Assembly (NCBI GenBank): GCA_012728075.1
Contig: JAAYFV010000080.1
Coordinates: 1 to 32,000, forward strand
Length of the DNA stretch: 32,000 nt
From: Tissierellia bacterium
Lineage (GTDB): Bacteria; Bacillota; Clostridia; Tissierellales; Tepidimicrobiaceae
Direction of reading: 5' to 3'
Positions 7,708 through 16,031 of the stretch are shown piece after piece. A program made the translations under genes and the position numbers. The notes under the pieces are model-generated. The model was not told the DNA's origin, ran no database searches, and saw only the letters and a program-made list of their open reading frames with translations. Within the stretch, counting starts at the first letter, position 1; every line of letters starts with the position of its first letter.

Positions 7708-8587
7708 GAGAAGGCTTATACTAAATGGATATTATACTTGTCAGATAAAGGATGGGAAAAGTTTAGGGGCAGCTTTTATAGATTGGTTTTTTATAAGTTT
7801 AATTATAGTTTTGTTTTTTTATATTACTATATTTAACTCTACTCAAAATATTAGTGTAACTTTAATTTTGACATTTGTGTTATTATTTATTTATTTGTTT
7901 TTATTAATATATATTAAAGGTAAGGTAAGGGAAAAGAGCATTTTTAAAATTGATGAAAAAATAAAAGATGAGCAAATTCGTAAGAGAATAGAAAAATGGA
8001 ATTATGAAGATTTTTCCCTATTTATTAAAGGCATGTTGGAAAAATATTATGAAACTAGTTTTTTTCATGGAGATAGTAATATAGACTTCATAGGTAAAAT
8101 AAATGATGAAGTATATGGAGTTAAATGTATAAAAGGATCTTGGGATGATAAAATACATCTAAAAGATATAGAAGGTTTTATTGGAGAGATGAAGAATAGA
8201 AATATACATGAAGGGATAATCGTTACCAATTCTAATTTTGATCAAGATATAAAAGAGCATATAGATTATATGATGATGGATTTTGAATATATTAAACATG
8301 TACTTAAAGAGATTGGTGAATTTCCAACTAAAGAGGATGTAGAAGATTTAATAATATCAGAACATGAAACTAGAAAAAAAGATATAAAAGAGGGTTTTAG
8401 TATTAATAGAAGAGATAAAATATATAAATTTCTTTTACTAAGTTTAGTATTATATATCACCTCTTCTTATGTAACATATTCTTTATATTATAGGGTTATG
8501 GCTTTTATATCTTTTACATTGGGAACTTTTATTGGGATATATAACTTAGCTAAATATATGAAAAGAACTAGAGAAAATAGGTTATAA
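7664..8587 (+). CDS. Membrane protein with a central Mrr_cat-like (restriction-endonuclease fold) domain flanked by 2+2 TM segments
   Basis: 307 aa. The block FSLFIKGMLEKYYETSFFHGDSNIDFIGKINDEVYGVKCIKG...IHLKDIEGFIGEMKNRNIHEGIIVTNSNFDQDIKE follows the Mrr_cat pattern (D...vQcK...g.iiTts.F). Two TM segments lie on each side. It overlaps the upstream gene by 44 nt. Confidence 0.6.
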   Translation: MDLLAILKDYFNRIKRRLILNGYYTCQIKDGKSLGAAFIDWFFISLIIVLFFYITIFNSTQNISVTLILTFVLLFIYLFLLIYIKGKVREKSIFKIDEKIKDEQIRKRIEKWNYEDFSLFIKGMLEKYYETSFFHGDSNIDFIGKINDEVYGVKCIKGSWDDKIHLKDIEGFIGEMKNRNIHEGIIVTNSNFDQDIKEHIDYMMMDFEYIKHVLKEIGEFPTKEDVEDLIISEHETRKKDIKEGFSINRRDKIYKFLLLSLVLYITSSYVTYSLYYRVMAFISFTLGTFIGIYNLAKYMKRTRENRL

Positions 8588-8600
8588 TATATATGTATTA

Positions 8601-8628
8601 AACTTCTACTTTTAAGTAGAAGTTTTTT
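8601..8628 (+). terminator. Rho-independent terminator
   Basis: AACTTCTAC-ttttaa-GTAGAAGTT followed by TTTT. Confidence 0.8.
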
Positions 8629-8641
8629 GTGAGGTGATAAT

Positions 8642-9763
8642 ATGATTAGATTTTTAACTGGTGGAGAATCCCACGGAGATGTGTTAATAGGTGTGATAGA
8701 AGGTGTTCCTGCAAATCTGTATTTTGATAAGGATTATATAGATAAGGAACTATCTAGAAGACAAAAAGGTTATGGCAGAAGCAGTAGAATGGACATAGAA
8801 AAGGATAAGGTAGTGGTTTTATCAGGAATAAACCAGGGTTATACTACTGGGAATCCTATTTCTATTATGATAGAAAACAGAGGGAAGAACATACCGTTAA
8901 CTGAGGTTAAAAGGCCAAGGCCCGGTCATGCAGATTTAGCAGGTGCATTGAAATACAATCAAACAGGAGCTAGAAACATACTAGAAAGAGCCAGTGCTAG
9001 AGAGACGGCTATGAGGGTAGCCATTGGCGGCATATGTAAATTGTTTTTAGCTGAATTTGACATATATATCTATAGTCATGTAATTCAAATTGGAGAGATT
9101 AAATCTGTTAAAAACTATTACAATAATCTAAGGGTAGATGAATTGGTAAAAGCAGACAGATCCTCAATTAGAGTAGTAGATAAGAATTCAGAAAAGAAAA
9201 TGATAGATATTGTTAAAAAAGTAAAAGCTCATGGTGATACCCTAGGTGGAGTAGTAGAGATAATAGGGACAAGTATCCCAATAGGCTTAGGTAGTCATGC
9301 CCACTGGGATAGAAAACTAGATGGGAAAATTGCTCAGAGCATGATGAGTATCCCTGGAATAAAAGGGGTGGAATTTGGATTAGGATTTGATAGTGCTAGT
9401 AAATTAGGATCTAGATTCCATGATCCAATTGCTTATGATGGGGATTATTATAGAATGAGTAATAATGCAGGAGGTATTGAAGGAGGCATATCTAATGGAG
9501 AGGATATAGTGGTTAGACTGGCAATGAAACCTATACCTACGCTAAAAAAACCTCTACAGACCGTAGACATGGAGTCCAAAGAAGAAGTTTTAGCCCAGTT
9601 TGAAAGATCTGACACATGTGCTGTACCATCTGCTAGCATTGTGGCAGAAGCTATGCTAGCTTATGTACTTGCAAATGAGATGATGATAAAATTTGGCGGG
9701 GATAGTATGGAGGAAGTAAGAAACAACTACGACTATTATATAAATAGCTTAATAAACAGGTGA
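8642..9763 (+). CDS. aroC: Chorismate synthase
   Basis: N-terminus MIRFLTGGESHG. RPGHAD and GGISNGE blocks are present. 373 aa. Confidence 0.92.
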   Translation: MIRFLTGGESHGDVLIGVIEGVPANLYFDKDYIDKELSRRQKGYGRSSRMDIEKDKVVVLSGINQGYTTGNPISIMIENRGKNIPLTEVKRPRPGHADLAGALKYNQTGARNILERASARETAMRVAIGGICKLFLAEFDIYIYSHVIQIGEIKSVKNYYNNLRVDELVKADRSSIRVVDKNSEKKMIDIVKKVKAHGDTLGGVVEIIGTSIPIGLGSHAHWDRKLDGKIAQSMMSIPGIKGVEFGLGFDSASKLGSRFHDPIAYDGDYYRMSNNAGGIEGGISNGEDIVVRLAMKPIPTLKKPLQTVDMESKEEVLAQFERSDTCAVPSASIVAEAMLAYVLANEMMIKFGGDSMEEVRNNYDYYINSLINR

Positions 9764-9767
9764 TTTC

Positions 9768-10808
9768 ATGGATATCTATATGGACAAATATAATCTTTCT
9801 AAATTAAACGAGTATTTAATCAAAACATCGATTGATAGATTATATATAATTACTGATGAAGTGGTGAATCGATTATATATGGATTATTTAAAATCCTTTA
9901 TTGGAGATATTGACCAATATGTCTATATTCTTCCGTCGGGAGAAGAGAATAAAACCATAGATAACATATTATCCATTTATGACGATTTAATTGAAAAAAA
10001 CATAGACAGAAAAACCCTAATTGTAAGTTTTGGAGGCGGGGTAGTAGGGGATGTGGCTGGTTTTGTTGCCTCTACTTATAAGAGAGGATTAAATTATATA
10101 CAGATTCCCACTACCCTTTTAGCTCAAGTGGATAGTAGTATTGGGGGAAAAACGGGCTTTGATTATAAAGGATTTAAAAACATAATAGGGTCCTTTTATT
10201 TTCCAGAGGCTATATTTATTGATGTTTCCTTTTTAAAATCTTTACCATATAGGGAGGTTGTTTGTGGCCTAGGGGAGGTTTTAAAGTATGGATTAATAGC
10301 TGATTATAGCTTATTTCAATTTACGAAGGATAATTTAAAATATATTTATAATAAGGATTTGGACATATTAATGTCCATAGTTGATAGATCTATAGCTATT
10401 AAACAGGATATAGTTACTAAGGATAGATATGATAGAGGATTGAGAAATATATTAAATCTTGGACATACCATTGGCCATAGTATTGAAGCTTATTATAATT
10501 TTAGCAAGTATAACCATGGAGAAGGGGTTATTCTAGGAATGATGTATGAATTTTATATGGCTTGGGAATTGGATTTAATTGATAGGAATTATTTTAAAGA
10601 GGTTTATAATATTTTAAGCTCTATACTATACCCTATTTCATTTAAGCAAAAAGAGATAGAGGATTTGATCCATATTATGAAAAATGATAAGAAGAATATA
10701 GGAGATAGTATAGTATTTGTACTTCCAGTAGATAGGGGAAAAGTTGATGTATTTTATCATGTGGAAGAGGATTTGATAATTAAGACTTTGAAGGGGGATT
10801 GGTTTTGA
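9768..10808 (+). CDS. aroB: 3-dehydroquinate synthase
   Basis: 346 aa with GGGVVGDVAGFVASTYKRG, GGKTG and HTIGHSIE metal/NAD-site blocks. It is tightly coupled to aroC. An alternative start lies at 9780. Confidence 0.88.
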   Translation: MDIYMDKYNLSKLNEYLIKTSIDRLYIITDEVVNRLYMDYLKSFIGDIDQYVYILPSGEENKTIDNILSIYDDLIEKNIDRKTLIVSFGGGVVGDVAGFVASTYKRGLNYIQIPTTLLAQVDSSIGGKTGFDYKGFKNIIGSFYFPEAIFIDVSFLKSLPYREVVCGLGEVLKYGLIADYSLFQFTKDNLKYIYNKDLDILMSIVDRSIAIKQDIVTKDRYDRGLRNILNLGHTIGHSIEAYYNFSKYNHGEGVILGMMYEFYMAWELDLIDRNYFKEVYNILSSILYPISFKQKEIEDLIHIMKNDKKNIGDSIVFVLPVDRGKVDVFYHVEEDLIIKTLKGDWF

Positions 10809-12091
10809 AGATAGATGGAGTTAAGCATAATTTAGTTGGTAGGGTTAAGGTACCTGGAGACAAATCCATTTCCCATAGGGCTATTATATTAGGTTCTATA
10901 GCTAAAGGATTAACTACAGTGGAGAATATATTGATATCTGAAGATACATTTAGGACCATAGATGCCTTTAAGGCTATGGGGGTAAATATCCAAATAGAAG
11001 AGGGAAAAGCTTTAATAAAAGGAGTAGGTATGAGAGGACTTAAAAAGCCTAATACTCCAATATATTGTGGCAATTCTGGTACAACTATGAGATTACTATC
11101 TGGTATACTAGTAGGACAAAATTTTTCTTCTACTCTAATTGGAGATGCTTCATTGACAAAAAGGCCAATGGATAGGATTATACATCCTTTAACCAATATG
11201 GGAGCTCATATTAAGGGTATAAAAAACACATATCCTCCACTGGATATTGAACCTACTGATGGGCTAAAGGGTATATACTATGAAATGCCTATAGCTAGTG
11301 CTCAAGTAAAATCTTCTATACTTTTAGCAACTTTATATTCAGAAGGGACTACCAAAATACTGGAGAATAAATCTACTAGAGATCATACGGAAAAGATGCT
11401 TAAACTATTTGGCTCCAATATTAATCACAAGGGTAATTTAATAGTAATGAATGGAAAGTATGAATTACATGGGAATAGGATTTTTGTTCCTGGGGATATT
11501 TCTTCAGCTGCTTATTTTATCGTATTAGCTTTGCTAATAAAGGGATCCCATATAGTTGTAGAAAATGTGGGTATAAACCCTACAAGGACAGGAATACTTT
11601 CTGTATTAAAAGAGATGGGAGCTAATATTAGGGTGTTTAACAGAAAATTAGTAAACAATGAACCTGTTGGGGATATAGAGGTAAAATATTCTCAATTAAA
11701 GGGTATAAATATAAATGGAGATCAAATAGGTAGATTAATAGATGAGATACCCATTATAGTTGTAGCAGCAGCTTTAGCCCAAGGGAGGACTATGATAAAA
11801 GGAGCTGAAGATTTGAAATACAAGGAAAGTAATAGAATTGAGGCTATGACTGAGGAATTAAATAAGATGGGGGCTTGTATAGAGGCTTTACCTGATGGAA
11901 TGGTGATAGATGGGGTCAAAGAACTAAAACCAGCTGTTCTTATTTCTCATAATGACCACAGAATTGCTATGGCATTATCTATTGCAGCTTTAGCTACAAA
12001 TGGAAAGTCCTATATCCAAGGATATGAATGTATAAATATATCTTATCCTGATTTTTACACTACATTATCTAATTTACTTAATGATGTTTGA
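10799..12091 (+). CDS. aroA: 3-phosphoshikimate 1-carboxyvinyltransferase (EPSP synthase)
   Basis: VPGDKSISHRA, GNSGTTMRLL and KESNRI blocks. TTG start at 10799 or 10805, overlapping the aroB stop. Confidence 0.92.
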   Translation: MVLKIDGVKHNLVGRVKVPGDKSISHRAIILGSIAKGLTTVENILISEDTFRTIDAFKAMGVNIQIEEGKALIKGVGMRGLKKPNTPIYCGNSGTTMRLLSGILVGQNFSSTLIGDASLTKRPMDRIIHPLTNMGAHIKGIKNTYPPLDIEPTDGLKGIYYEMPIASAQVKSSILLATLYSEGTTKILENKSTRDHTEKMLKLFGSNINHKGNLIVMNGKYELHGNRIFVPGDISSAAYFIVLALLIKGSHIVVENVGINPTRTGILSVLKEMGANIRVFNRKLVNNEPVGDIEVKYSQLKGININGDQIGRLIDEIPIIVVAAALAQGRTMIKGAEDLKYKESNRIEAMTEELNKMGACIEALPDGMVIDGVKELKPAVLISHNDHRIAMALSIAALATNGKSYIQGYECINISYPDFYTTLSNLLNDV

Positions 12092-12116
12092 TTTTTTATA
12101 TTGTAACTACTATAAT
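12088..12116 (+). promoter_or_regulatory. Candidate sigma-A promoter TTGATT-17 nt-TATAAT for pduL-deoC
   Basis: Hexamers at 12088-12093 (overlapping the aroA TGA) and 12111-12116. Confidence 0.5.
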
Positions 12117-12158
12117 TGATTAAGGAGGTCAAATTTTATCGAAAAGGGAGGAAAACAG

Positions 12159-12731
12159 ATGAGTAATAAGTTACCAATTGCATTGTCCAATAGACATATA
12201 CATTTAAGTCAAGAGGATTTAAATATTTTATTTGGCCATGGATACCAATTAACTAAAACGAAGGATTTATCCCAGCCAGGTCAATATGCTAGTGAAGAAA
12301 GGGTGGATATTATAGGACCTAAAGGGGCCCTAAAAGGAGTTAGAGTATTAGGTCCAATAAGAAGTAGGACACAAGTTGAAATATCCATCTCTGATGCTTT
12401 TAAATTAGGGGTTAAACCAGTAGTTAGAAATTCAGGAGATGTAGAAGGAAGTCCAGGAGCTAAAATAGTAGGTCCTAATGGTGAAATAGAATTAAAAGAA
12501 GGAGTTATAGTAGCAGCTAGACATATACATATGCATACATCTGATGGAGAAAGATATGGGGTTAAAGACGGAGATATAGTTAAGGTAAAAACAGAAGGTA
12601 TAAGAGCAGTAATATTTGAAAATGTTCTAGTAAGGGTGGGAGACACCCATGCATTAGAAATGCATGTGGATATAGAAGAAGGAAATGCTGCAGGAGCTAA
12701 AAATGGTGATTTAGTAGAATTAATTAAATAA
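12159..12731 (+). CDS. pduL: Phosphate propanoyltransferase / PduL-type phosphotransacylase
   Basis: 190 aa with two PduL repeats: ALSNRHIHLSQEDLNILFG...RVLGP and VAARHIHMHTSDGERYGV. Confidence 0.88.
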   Translation: MSNKLPIALSNRHIHLSQEDLNILFGHGYQLTKTKDLSQPGQYASEERVDIIGPKGALKGVRVLGPIRSRTQVEISISDAFKLGVKPVVRNSGDVEGSPGAKIVGPNGEIELKEGVIVAARHIHMHTSDGERYGVKDGDIVKVKTEGIRAVIFENVLVRVGDTHALEMHVDIEEGNAAGAKNGDLVELIK

Positions 12732-12746
12732 GAGGAGTGGTATAAT

Positions 12747-13406
12747 ATGAAAATAGCTTCCATGATAGATCACACCCTATTAAAACCCAATGCTACAGGG
12801 GAAATGATAGATAAATTATGTAAAGAAGCTAAAGAGTATGAATTTGCAGCTGTATGTGTAAATCCCTATTATGTAAGTAGAGCTAAAAAATATTTAGACG
12901 GGACCAAGGTAAAGGTAGCTACGGTTATAGGGTTCCCCTTAGGAGCAAATACCAAAGAAGTGAAGGCTTTGGAAACTAAAGATGCCATTAAAAATGGTGC
13001 TGATGAAGTGGACATGGTAATAAACATTGGAGCATTAAAAAGTGGAGAATATGATATAGTAAGAGATGATATTAGAGCTGTGGTAGAATCTGCTAAAGGC
13101 AAGGCAATCGTTAAGGTGATAATAGAAACATGCTTACTTACTGATGAAGAAAAGATTAAGGCATGTAAATTGGCTAAAGAAGCTGGTGCAGATTTTGTAA
13201 AGACTTCAACAGGATTTAGCACAGGAGGAGCTACAATAGAAGATGTGAAACTAATGAAAGATACTGTAGGGGATAGCCTTAAAATAAAAGCCTCTGGCGG
13301 TATTAGAGATTATGAAACTGCAAAAGCTATGGTAGAAGCTGGAGCCTCTAGGATTGGCGCTAGCTCGTCTATTAAGATAGTAGAAGGAGAACAAGTTTGT
13401 AGCTGA
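12747..13406 (+). CDS. deoC: Deoxyribose-phosphate aldolase
   Basis: [31 protein letters not shown] (Schiff-base Lys) and KASGGIR blocks. Confidence 0.93.
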   Translation: MKIASMIDHTLLKPNATGEMIDKLCKEAKEYEFAAVCVNPYYVSRAKKYLDGTKVKVATVIGFPLGANTKEVKALETKDAIKNGADEVDMVINIGALKSGEYDIVRDDIRAVVESAKGKAIVKVIIETCLLTDEEKIKACKLAKEAGADFVKTSTGFSTGGATIEDVKLMKDTVGDSLKIKASGGIRDYETAKAMVEAGASRIGASSSIKIVEGEQVCS

Positions 13407-13409
13407 TTC

Positions 13410-13438
13410 TTGACTTCTAGTGTTATTTTTGATAGTAT
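13410..13438 (+). promoter_or_regulatory. Sigma-A promoter TTGACT-17 nt-(TGa)TAGTAT
   Basis: -35 at 13410-13415, TG at 13430-13431 and -10 at 13433-13438. It lies immediately downstream of the deoC stop and upstream of the first RAT. Confidence 0.6.
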
Positions 13439-13462
13439 TATCTCATAAACATATAATATTAG

Positions 13463-13489
13463 GTGTGTAACTGAGTGTCAGGCATGAAC
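13463..13489 (+). promoter_or_regulatory. Ribonucleic antiterminator (RAT) 1
   Basis: GTGTGTAACTGAGTGTCAGGCATGAAC resembles the GlcT-type RAT (GTGTTACTGA...CAGGCATGAG). Its 3' half overlaps the left arm of the following terminator. Confidence 0.75.
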
Positions 13490-13533
13490 CTATGGATGTG
13501 CTAATAATAGCATGTATAGGTTTGTGCCTTTAA
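13480..13533 (+). terminator. Leader terminator 1, mutually exclusive with RAT 1
   Basis: AGGCATGAACCTAT (13480-13493) pairs with ATAGGTTTGTGCCT (13516-13529), including two G-U pairs. A short T-run follows. Confidence 0.7.
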
Positions 13534-13570
13534 TACTATATGGTATCCTTATTGCAAGGGGGTTTAATGG

Positions 13571-14422
13571 GTGCATGGGGAAAAAGAATATTTAATCACC
13601 AAAACTTTAAATAACAATGTTATCCTTGCTATAGATAATAAGAGTAAAGAAGAAGTAGTTTTAGTAGGTAAAGGGATTGGATTTGGGAAAAAAGATGGAA
13701 ATATAGTAAAATTGGGTGAAAAGGACATTGAAAAATCTTTTCTTTCCTTTGATGAAAAAACAAAAAATAAATATGATCAATTGGTTAAAGAAGTAAACAG
13801 AAAAGTAATAGGAGTAAGTGAAGAAATAATTGCTATAGCTGAAATGGAATTTGGTATGTTAAATTCTAATATACACGTTGCTTTGGCAGATCATATTGGA
13901 TTTGCTATAGATAGGATAAAAATGGGTTTAGATATAAGTAATCCATTTATTTATGAAATACAAGCCCTATATCCTAATGAATATCAAGTTGCTAGAAAAG
14001 CACAAGAACTCATAAAAGATCGACTAGGTATAGTTATTTCTGAATCGGAAATTGGGTTTATTGCTCTTCACATCCATTCTGCAAGGGAAAGCAAACAGGT
14101 AATTGATACCATAAAAGATACTAAATTTTTAAAAACTTTAGTTAACATAATAGAAGAAGAATTATCTACTAAGTTAGACAATAGTGGATTGGTATATAGC
14201 CGTTTAATAAATCATTTAAGGGCTAGTATTAGTAGAATGGAAAAGAAAAAATATATTGAAAATCCATTATTGGATACAATAAAAGAAAAATTTAGCGATT
14301 CTTTTGATATTGCAAAAAAAATTGGGGTATATATAAATAAAGAAAAGAATATTTATATAACAGATGATGAATTAGGATATATGGCTTTGCATATAGAGAG
14401 GATAAGGGAAACTACTGACTAA
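13571..14422 (+). CDS. BglG/LicT/GlcT family PRD-containing transcription antiterminator
   Basis: 283 aa with an N-terminal CAT domain (LNNNVILAIDNKSKEEVVLVGKGIGFGKK). Two PRDs carry conserved His residues (LADHIGFAI, ALHIHSA, LINHLRAS, ALHIERI). GTG start 8 nt after AAGGGGG. Confidence 0.9.
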   Translation: MHGEKEYLITKTLNNNVILAIDNKSKEEVVLVGKGIGFGKKDGNIVKLGEKDIEKSFLSFDEKTKNKYDQLVKEVNRKVIGVSEEIIAIAEMEFGMLNSNIHVALADHIGFAIDRIKMGLDISNPFIYEIQALYPNEYQVARKAQELIKDRLGIVISESEIGFIALHIHSARESKQVIDTIKDTKFLKTLVNIIEEELSTKLDNSGLVYSRLINHLRASISRMEKKKYIENPLLDTIKEKFSDSFDIAKKIGVYINKEKNIYITDDELGYMALHIERIRETTD

Positions 14423-14431
14423 TAAGTTAAG

Positions 14432-14458
14432 CGTGTTACTGAGTCAAATCAGGCATAA
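14432..14458 (+). promoter_or_regulatory. Ribonucleic antiterminator (RAT) 2
   Basis: CGTGTTACTGAGTCAAATCAGGCATAA is very close to the B. subtilis ptsG RAT as I recall it. It overlaps the left arm of the terminator. Confidence 0.8.
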
Positions 14459-14504
14459 GCTTATAATACATGATATTATTGTATTATTTGCTTATGCCTT
14501 TTTA
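14451..14504 (+). terminator. Leader terminator 2
   Basis: Perfect AGGCATAAGC / GCTTATGCCT outer stem plus ATAATACA / TGTATTAT inner stem, followed by TTTTT. Confidence 0.85.
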
Positions 14505-14569
14505 TATATAAGGGATAGAAAGGAGGATAGAAAAAATACTAATACTATAATATTAAGGAGGTATTTTAA

Positions 14570-15958
14570 ATGAAAGGTTTTTTTGGTAAGCTTCAAAAAC
14601 TTGGTAGAGCCCTTATGTTACCAGTAGCTGTATTACCCATTGCTGGACTACTATTAAGACTAGGAGCTGATGATGTATTAAATATCCCATTTATTTCATC
14701 AGCTGGAGATGCAATACTAGGGAATCTTCCAATAATATTTGCTATAGGAGTAGCAGTAGGTTTTGCTTTTGATAATTCTGGAGCAGCGGGCTTAGCAGGA
14801 GCAGTTGGCTATTTTGTTCTTACAGCGGGAGCAGCGGTTATTAATGACACCATTAATATGGGAGTACTTGGAGGAATTATTGCAGGGGTAGTTGCAGGAA
14901 ATTTGTATAATAAATATCATGATATTAAGTTGCCAGAATGGCTAGGGTTTTTTGGAGGAAGGAGATTTGTTCCTATTGTTACAGGTTTTGCTTGTATCAT
15001 ATTAGCACTTATATTTGGATTTGTTTGGCCACCTGTTCAAAATGGTATAGATGCAGCAGCCAATTGGATGATAGGAGCAGGGGCTTTAGGGGTATTTATG
15101 TTTGGTTTCTTAAACAGACTCCTTATCCCAGTTGGATTACATCATGTTATTAATAATATAGTATGGTTTATATTTGGAGAATTTGGTGGTAGAACAGGAG
15201 ACTATGGAAGATTTTTAGCAGGAGATCCTAATGCTGGAATATTTATGGCGGGATTCTATCCTATTATGATGTTTGGCCTAGTAGGAGCAGCTTTGGCAAT
15301 GTATAAAACTGCAAAGCCAGAAAACAGAAAACAGGTTAGTGGTGCACTGTTTTCCGTAGGATTTACTTCATTTTTGACAGGGATTACTGAACCTATAGAA
15401 TTTATGTTTATGTTCTTAGCACCATCTTTATATATAATCCACGCATTACTTACAGGGTTGGCATTAGCCATATCTTATATGTTAAATATAAAACACGGAT
15501 TTAGTTTCTCAGCAGGTGCTATAGATTATTTCCTCTATATGAAATTGGCTACTAATGGATGGCTACTTATTCCAGTTGGTATAATATTTGGGATTATCTA
15601 CTATTTTGTATTTGTATTTGCAATTAAAAAACTAGATTTACCAACCCCTGGTAGAGTAGATGAAGAAGGAGAAGGGTTAGATGAATTAATTGCAGAAAGG
15701 GGCATGAGTGGTGTTGCATTAGCGTATATTGATGCATTAGGTGGAATAGATAATTTAGTAGAAGTAGATTCATGTATTACTAGGCTTAGATTATCTGTAA
15801 AGGATAGCTCTATAATAGATGAAGAGGAATTAAAACAATTAGGAGCTTCTGGATTACTAAAGCCTTCTGACAAGAATGTACAAGTTATTATAGGAACTAG
15901 GGCTGAATCAGTAGCTGATGAGATAAAGAAAGCATTAGATTTATTAAAGAGAGAATAA
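14570..15958 (+). CDS. PTS glucose-family EIICB component (NagE/NagP/PtsG-like) with no EIIA domain
   Basis: 462 aa. The N-terminus FFGKLQKLGRALMLPVAVLPIAGLLLRLG and the GITEPIEF motif mark EIIC. The C-terminal EIIB has the CITRLRL phospho-Cys motif. By eye it aligns closely along its length with E. coli NagE. Confidence 0.9.
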   Translation: MKGFFGKLQKLGRALMLPVAVLPIAGLLLRLGADDVLNIPFISSAGDAILGNLPIIFAIGVAVGFAFDNSGAAGLAGAVGYFVLTAGAAVINDTINMGVLGGIIAGVVAGNLYNKYHDIKLPEWLGFFGGRRFVPIVTGFACIILALIFGFVWPPVQNGIDAAANWMIGAGALGVFMFGFLNRLLIPVGLHHVINNIVWFIFGEFGGRTGDYGRFLAGDPNAGIFMAGFYPIMMFGLVGAALAMYKTAKPENRKQVSGALFSVGFTSFLTGITEPIEFMFMFLAPSLYIIHALLTGLALAISYMLNIKHGFSFSAGAIDYFLYMKLATNGWLLIPVGIIFGIIYYFVFVFAIKKLDLPTPGRVDEEGEGLDELIAERGMSGVALAYIDALGGIDNLVEVDSCITRLRLSVKDSSIIDEEELKQLGASGLLKPSDKNVQVIIGTRAESVADEIKKALDLLKRE

Positions 15959-15970
15959 CAAATATTAAAT

Positions 15971-16000
15971 CAATATGGTGACTAATTAGTCACCATATTG
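15971..16000. repeat. Perfect 30-nt palindrome CAATATGGTGACTAA|TTAGTCACCATATTG
   Basis: Read directly; both halves are exact reverse complements. It lies 12 nt after the PTS stop and 31 nt before the next ATG, with no clean T-run after it. Confidence 0.9.
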
Positions 16001-16031
16001 ACTTATAGTATATTTCGTAGGAGGAATTTTT

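Noticed and set aside
12122-12162. A second strong SD (AAGGAGG, 12122-12128) upstream of pduL, with a possible 9-codon leader ORF (ATT 12133 to TGA 12160-12162) overlapping the pduL ATG
   Set aside because: No canonical start codon sits at suitable spacing; only ATT is available. pduL already has its own GGGAGG RBS. This is too speculative to call.
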